A stretch of 59,428 nt of DNA, counting the filler. It is 5 parts of 5 records of this genome, joined end to end, with 100 filler letters (N's around TTAATTAATTAA, not from the genome) between each part and the next. Parts side by side here need not be neighbours in the genome. Positions count along the whole stretch, not along the records: positions 49,259 to 59,428 come from DRR723986_11728; 4 more parts are not named here. One strand, written 5' to 3'. Positions 57,948-59,428 of this stretch are shown piece by piece (positions within the stretch are counted from its first letter, which is position 1; each line of letters begins with the position of its first letter). The notes below the pieces were generated by a model. It saw only the letters and a list, made by a program, of their open reading frames with translations, searched no databases and was not told the origin of the DNA. A program made the translations under genes and the position numbers.

Positions 57948-59317
57948 CTGTAACCACTCCAACACGGCACGTTATCTTGGGTAACGGGCCTGCGGGGGTG
58001 GTCGCTGCCGAGCAAATTCGCAAGCAGCGGCCTCGCGATTCGATCGTGATGGTGGGTGCCGAACCGGAACCACCATACTCCCGCATGGCTATTCCTTACT
58101 TGCTGATTGGCAAAGTGGGCGAGAAGGGCACTTACCTTCGCAAAGACCCCGACCATTTCAAGAAGCAGGATATTCAGGAAATACGCGCCCGCGCCACCAA
58201 GCTGGACACGGCAGGTAAGAAAGTTCACCTGGACAATGGCGATGTACTGGAATACGACAAGTTGCTGATTGCAACTGGCGCACGGCCAATTTCACCACCC
58301 ATTCCCGGTGTGAATTTGCCCGGCGTACACCCTTGCTGGACACTTGAGAATGCACGGCAGATTATCGAGCTGGCCAAGCCCGGATCGCGCGTGTTGCAAA
58401 TGGGTGCGGGTTTTATCGGTTGCATCATCATGGAAGCGCTGGCCCTGCGCGGTGTCAAGCTGACTGTGGTTGAAATGGGCAATCGCATGGTGCCCCGCAT
58501 GATGACCGAAGGTGCAGGTTCCATGATTCGTGACTGGTGCATCAAGAAAGGTGTGGACGTGCATTGTTCCACCCGAGTGGAGGCCATTGAAGTGGGCAGC
58601 CAGGCCGAGCAGCAGAGCTTGATTGCAAAGATCGGTTCTGCCATCGGGTTTGGCACCGCAGTGGCTGCCAAAGACGGTGCGCCCTTGCGGGTGAAGTTGT
58701 CCAACGGTGAAACGCTTGAAGTTGACCTGGTGATTTCTGCCACTGGCGTGAAGCCCAATCTGGACTTTCTGGAAGGCAGCGGCTTGCAAATGGATCAGGG
58801 TTTGTTGGTGGACGATCACATGCAAACCAACATCAAAGATGTGTATGCCGCAGGCGACGTAGCCCAGGTGCGCGATTTCTCCACCGGTGAGAAAACCGTG
58901 AACATGATTCAACCTGCTGCCGCCGATGATGCCCGAATTGCTGCGCAAAACATGATGGGGCAAGGCACTACCACACAAGGCAGTCTGGCCATGAACGTGC
59001 TGGACACGCTGGGCTTGATTGCTGCCTCTTTTGGGCAGTGGTGGGGCGCTGAAGGTGGGCAAAGCGTTGAATTGCAAAACAAGGACGAATTCACCTACCT
59101 GCGTTTGGAATTTTTTGGCGATGTGCTGATTGGTGCAACCAGTTTGGGGCTAACGAACCATGTTGGCGTCATGCGGGGTCTGATTCAGGGCAAAATCCAT
59201 TTGGGCGAATGGAAAGATCATTTGCTCGAAGATCCAACCCGATTAATGGAAGCCTACCTGGCTTGCGCTCAGTCACAAAGTACATGGAAATTACCTTCAA
59301 GCTCTTTGCAACACTGA
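57944..59317 (+). CDS. aorC: FAD/NAD oxidoreductase subunit (AorC-like)
   Basis: GNGPAG, PYSR, LLIATG, GAGFIG, YAAGD; ATGA overlap with aorB. Confidence 0.87.
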   Translation: MTVTTPTRHVILGNGPAGVVAAEQIRKQRPRDSIVMVGAEPEPPYSRMAIPYLLIGKVGEKGTYLRKDPDHFKKQDIQEIRARATKLDTAGKKVHLDNGDVLEYDKLLIATGARPISPPIPGVNLPGVHPCWTLENARQIIELAKPGSRVLQMGAGFIGCIIMEALALRGVKLTVVEMGNRMVPRMMTEGAGSMIRDWCIKKGVDVHCSTRVEAIEVGSQAEQQSLIAKIGSAIGFGTAVAAKDGAPLRVKLSNGETLEVDLVISATGVKPNLDFLEGSGLQMDQGLLVDDHMQTNIKDVYAAGDVAQVRDFSTGEKTVNMIQPAAADDARIAAQNMMGQGTTTQGSLAMNVLDTLGLIAASFGQWWGAEGGQSVELQNKDEFTYLRLEFFGDVLIGATSLGLTNHVGVMRGLIQGKIHLGEWKDHLLEDPTRLMEAYLACAQSQSTWKLPSSSLQH

Positions 59318-59428
59318 CCGACTATTTGCCGACGAACCGTGTGGACAACGCGGTTCGTCTTCAGATTAAAGATGGCAGTACCGTGCAGCAAATTATTGAC
59401 CAGTTTCATCTTCCGGAGAAACTTACCC
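59284..59428 (+). CDS. MoaD/ThiS-family sulfur carrier (3'-truncated; not in ORF track)
   Basis: Manual translation MEITFKLFATLTDYLPTNRVDNAVRLQIKDGSTVQQIIDQFHLPEKLT (KLFA.L beta-grasp start); C-terminal GG lies beyond the window. Confidence 0.8.
   Translation, partial: MEITFKLFATLTDYLPTNRVDNAVRLQIKDGSTVQQIIDQFHLPEKLT

Overview
The window is not one locus. It is five unrelated contigs joined by artificial 100-nt spacers (44 N + TTAATTAATTAA + 44 N) at 17815-17914, 33278-33377, 43197-43296 and 49159-49258, most likely from a metagenome assembly. Taxon labels below are impressions from protein style and GC, not database results. (1) 1-17814, Rhodobacteraceae-like: a sugar/cyclitol catabolic island with two CUT2 ABC transporters, three Gfo/Idh/MocA dehydrogenases, an SDR and a GMC oxidoreductase. 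It also encodes two paralogous proteins that fuse an N-terminal winged-helix DNA-binding domain to a signal-peptide-less sugar-binding-protein domain. A recurring TGTCCA-N3-(TGGA/CTGA) motif sits 9 nt upstream of the -35 position at four promoters. This is the best candidate for an undescribed regulatory system. (2) 17915-33277, Hyphomonas-like: carB', greA, ELM1 family, LuxR solo, mnmA, cheR, cheY, chpT, ydbL-ynbE-ydbH, M23 peptidase, clpB'. (3) 33378-43196, Halieaceae-like gammaproteobacterium: metK', ahcY, metF, rsmE, esterase, gshB, tonB, yqgE, yqgF, pilU, pilT'. (4) 43297-49158, Roseibium/Labrenzia-like: infB', ylxR-like, nusA, rimP, trmB, metK'. (5) 49259-59428, lower-GC betaproteobacterium (Limnobacter-like): a pqqA peptide gene missing from the ORF track, a porin, an AcoR-type sigma54 activator, cytochrome c550 plus a PedG/MoxJ-like protein, and a tungsten aldehyde oxidoreductase operon (aorABC + moaD-like). 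Each of these five units has a consensus sigma54 promoter, and a TGTTTCA-N3-TGAAACA-type enhancer recurs upstream. No CRISPR array, rRNA, tRNA or intact mobile element was seen.
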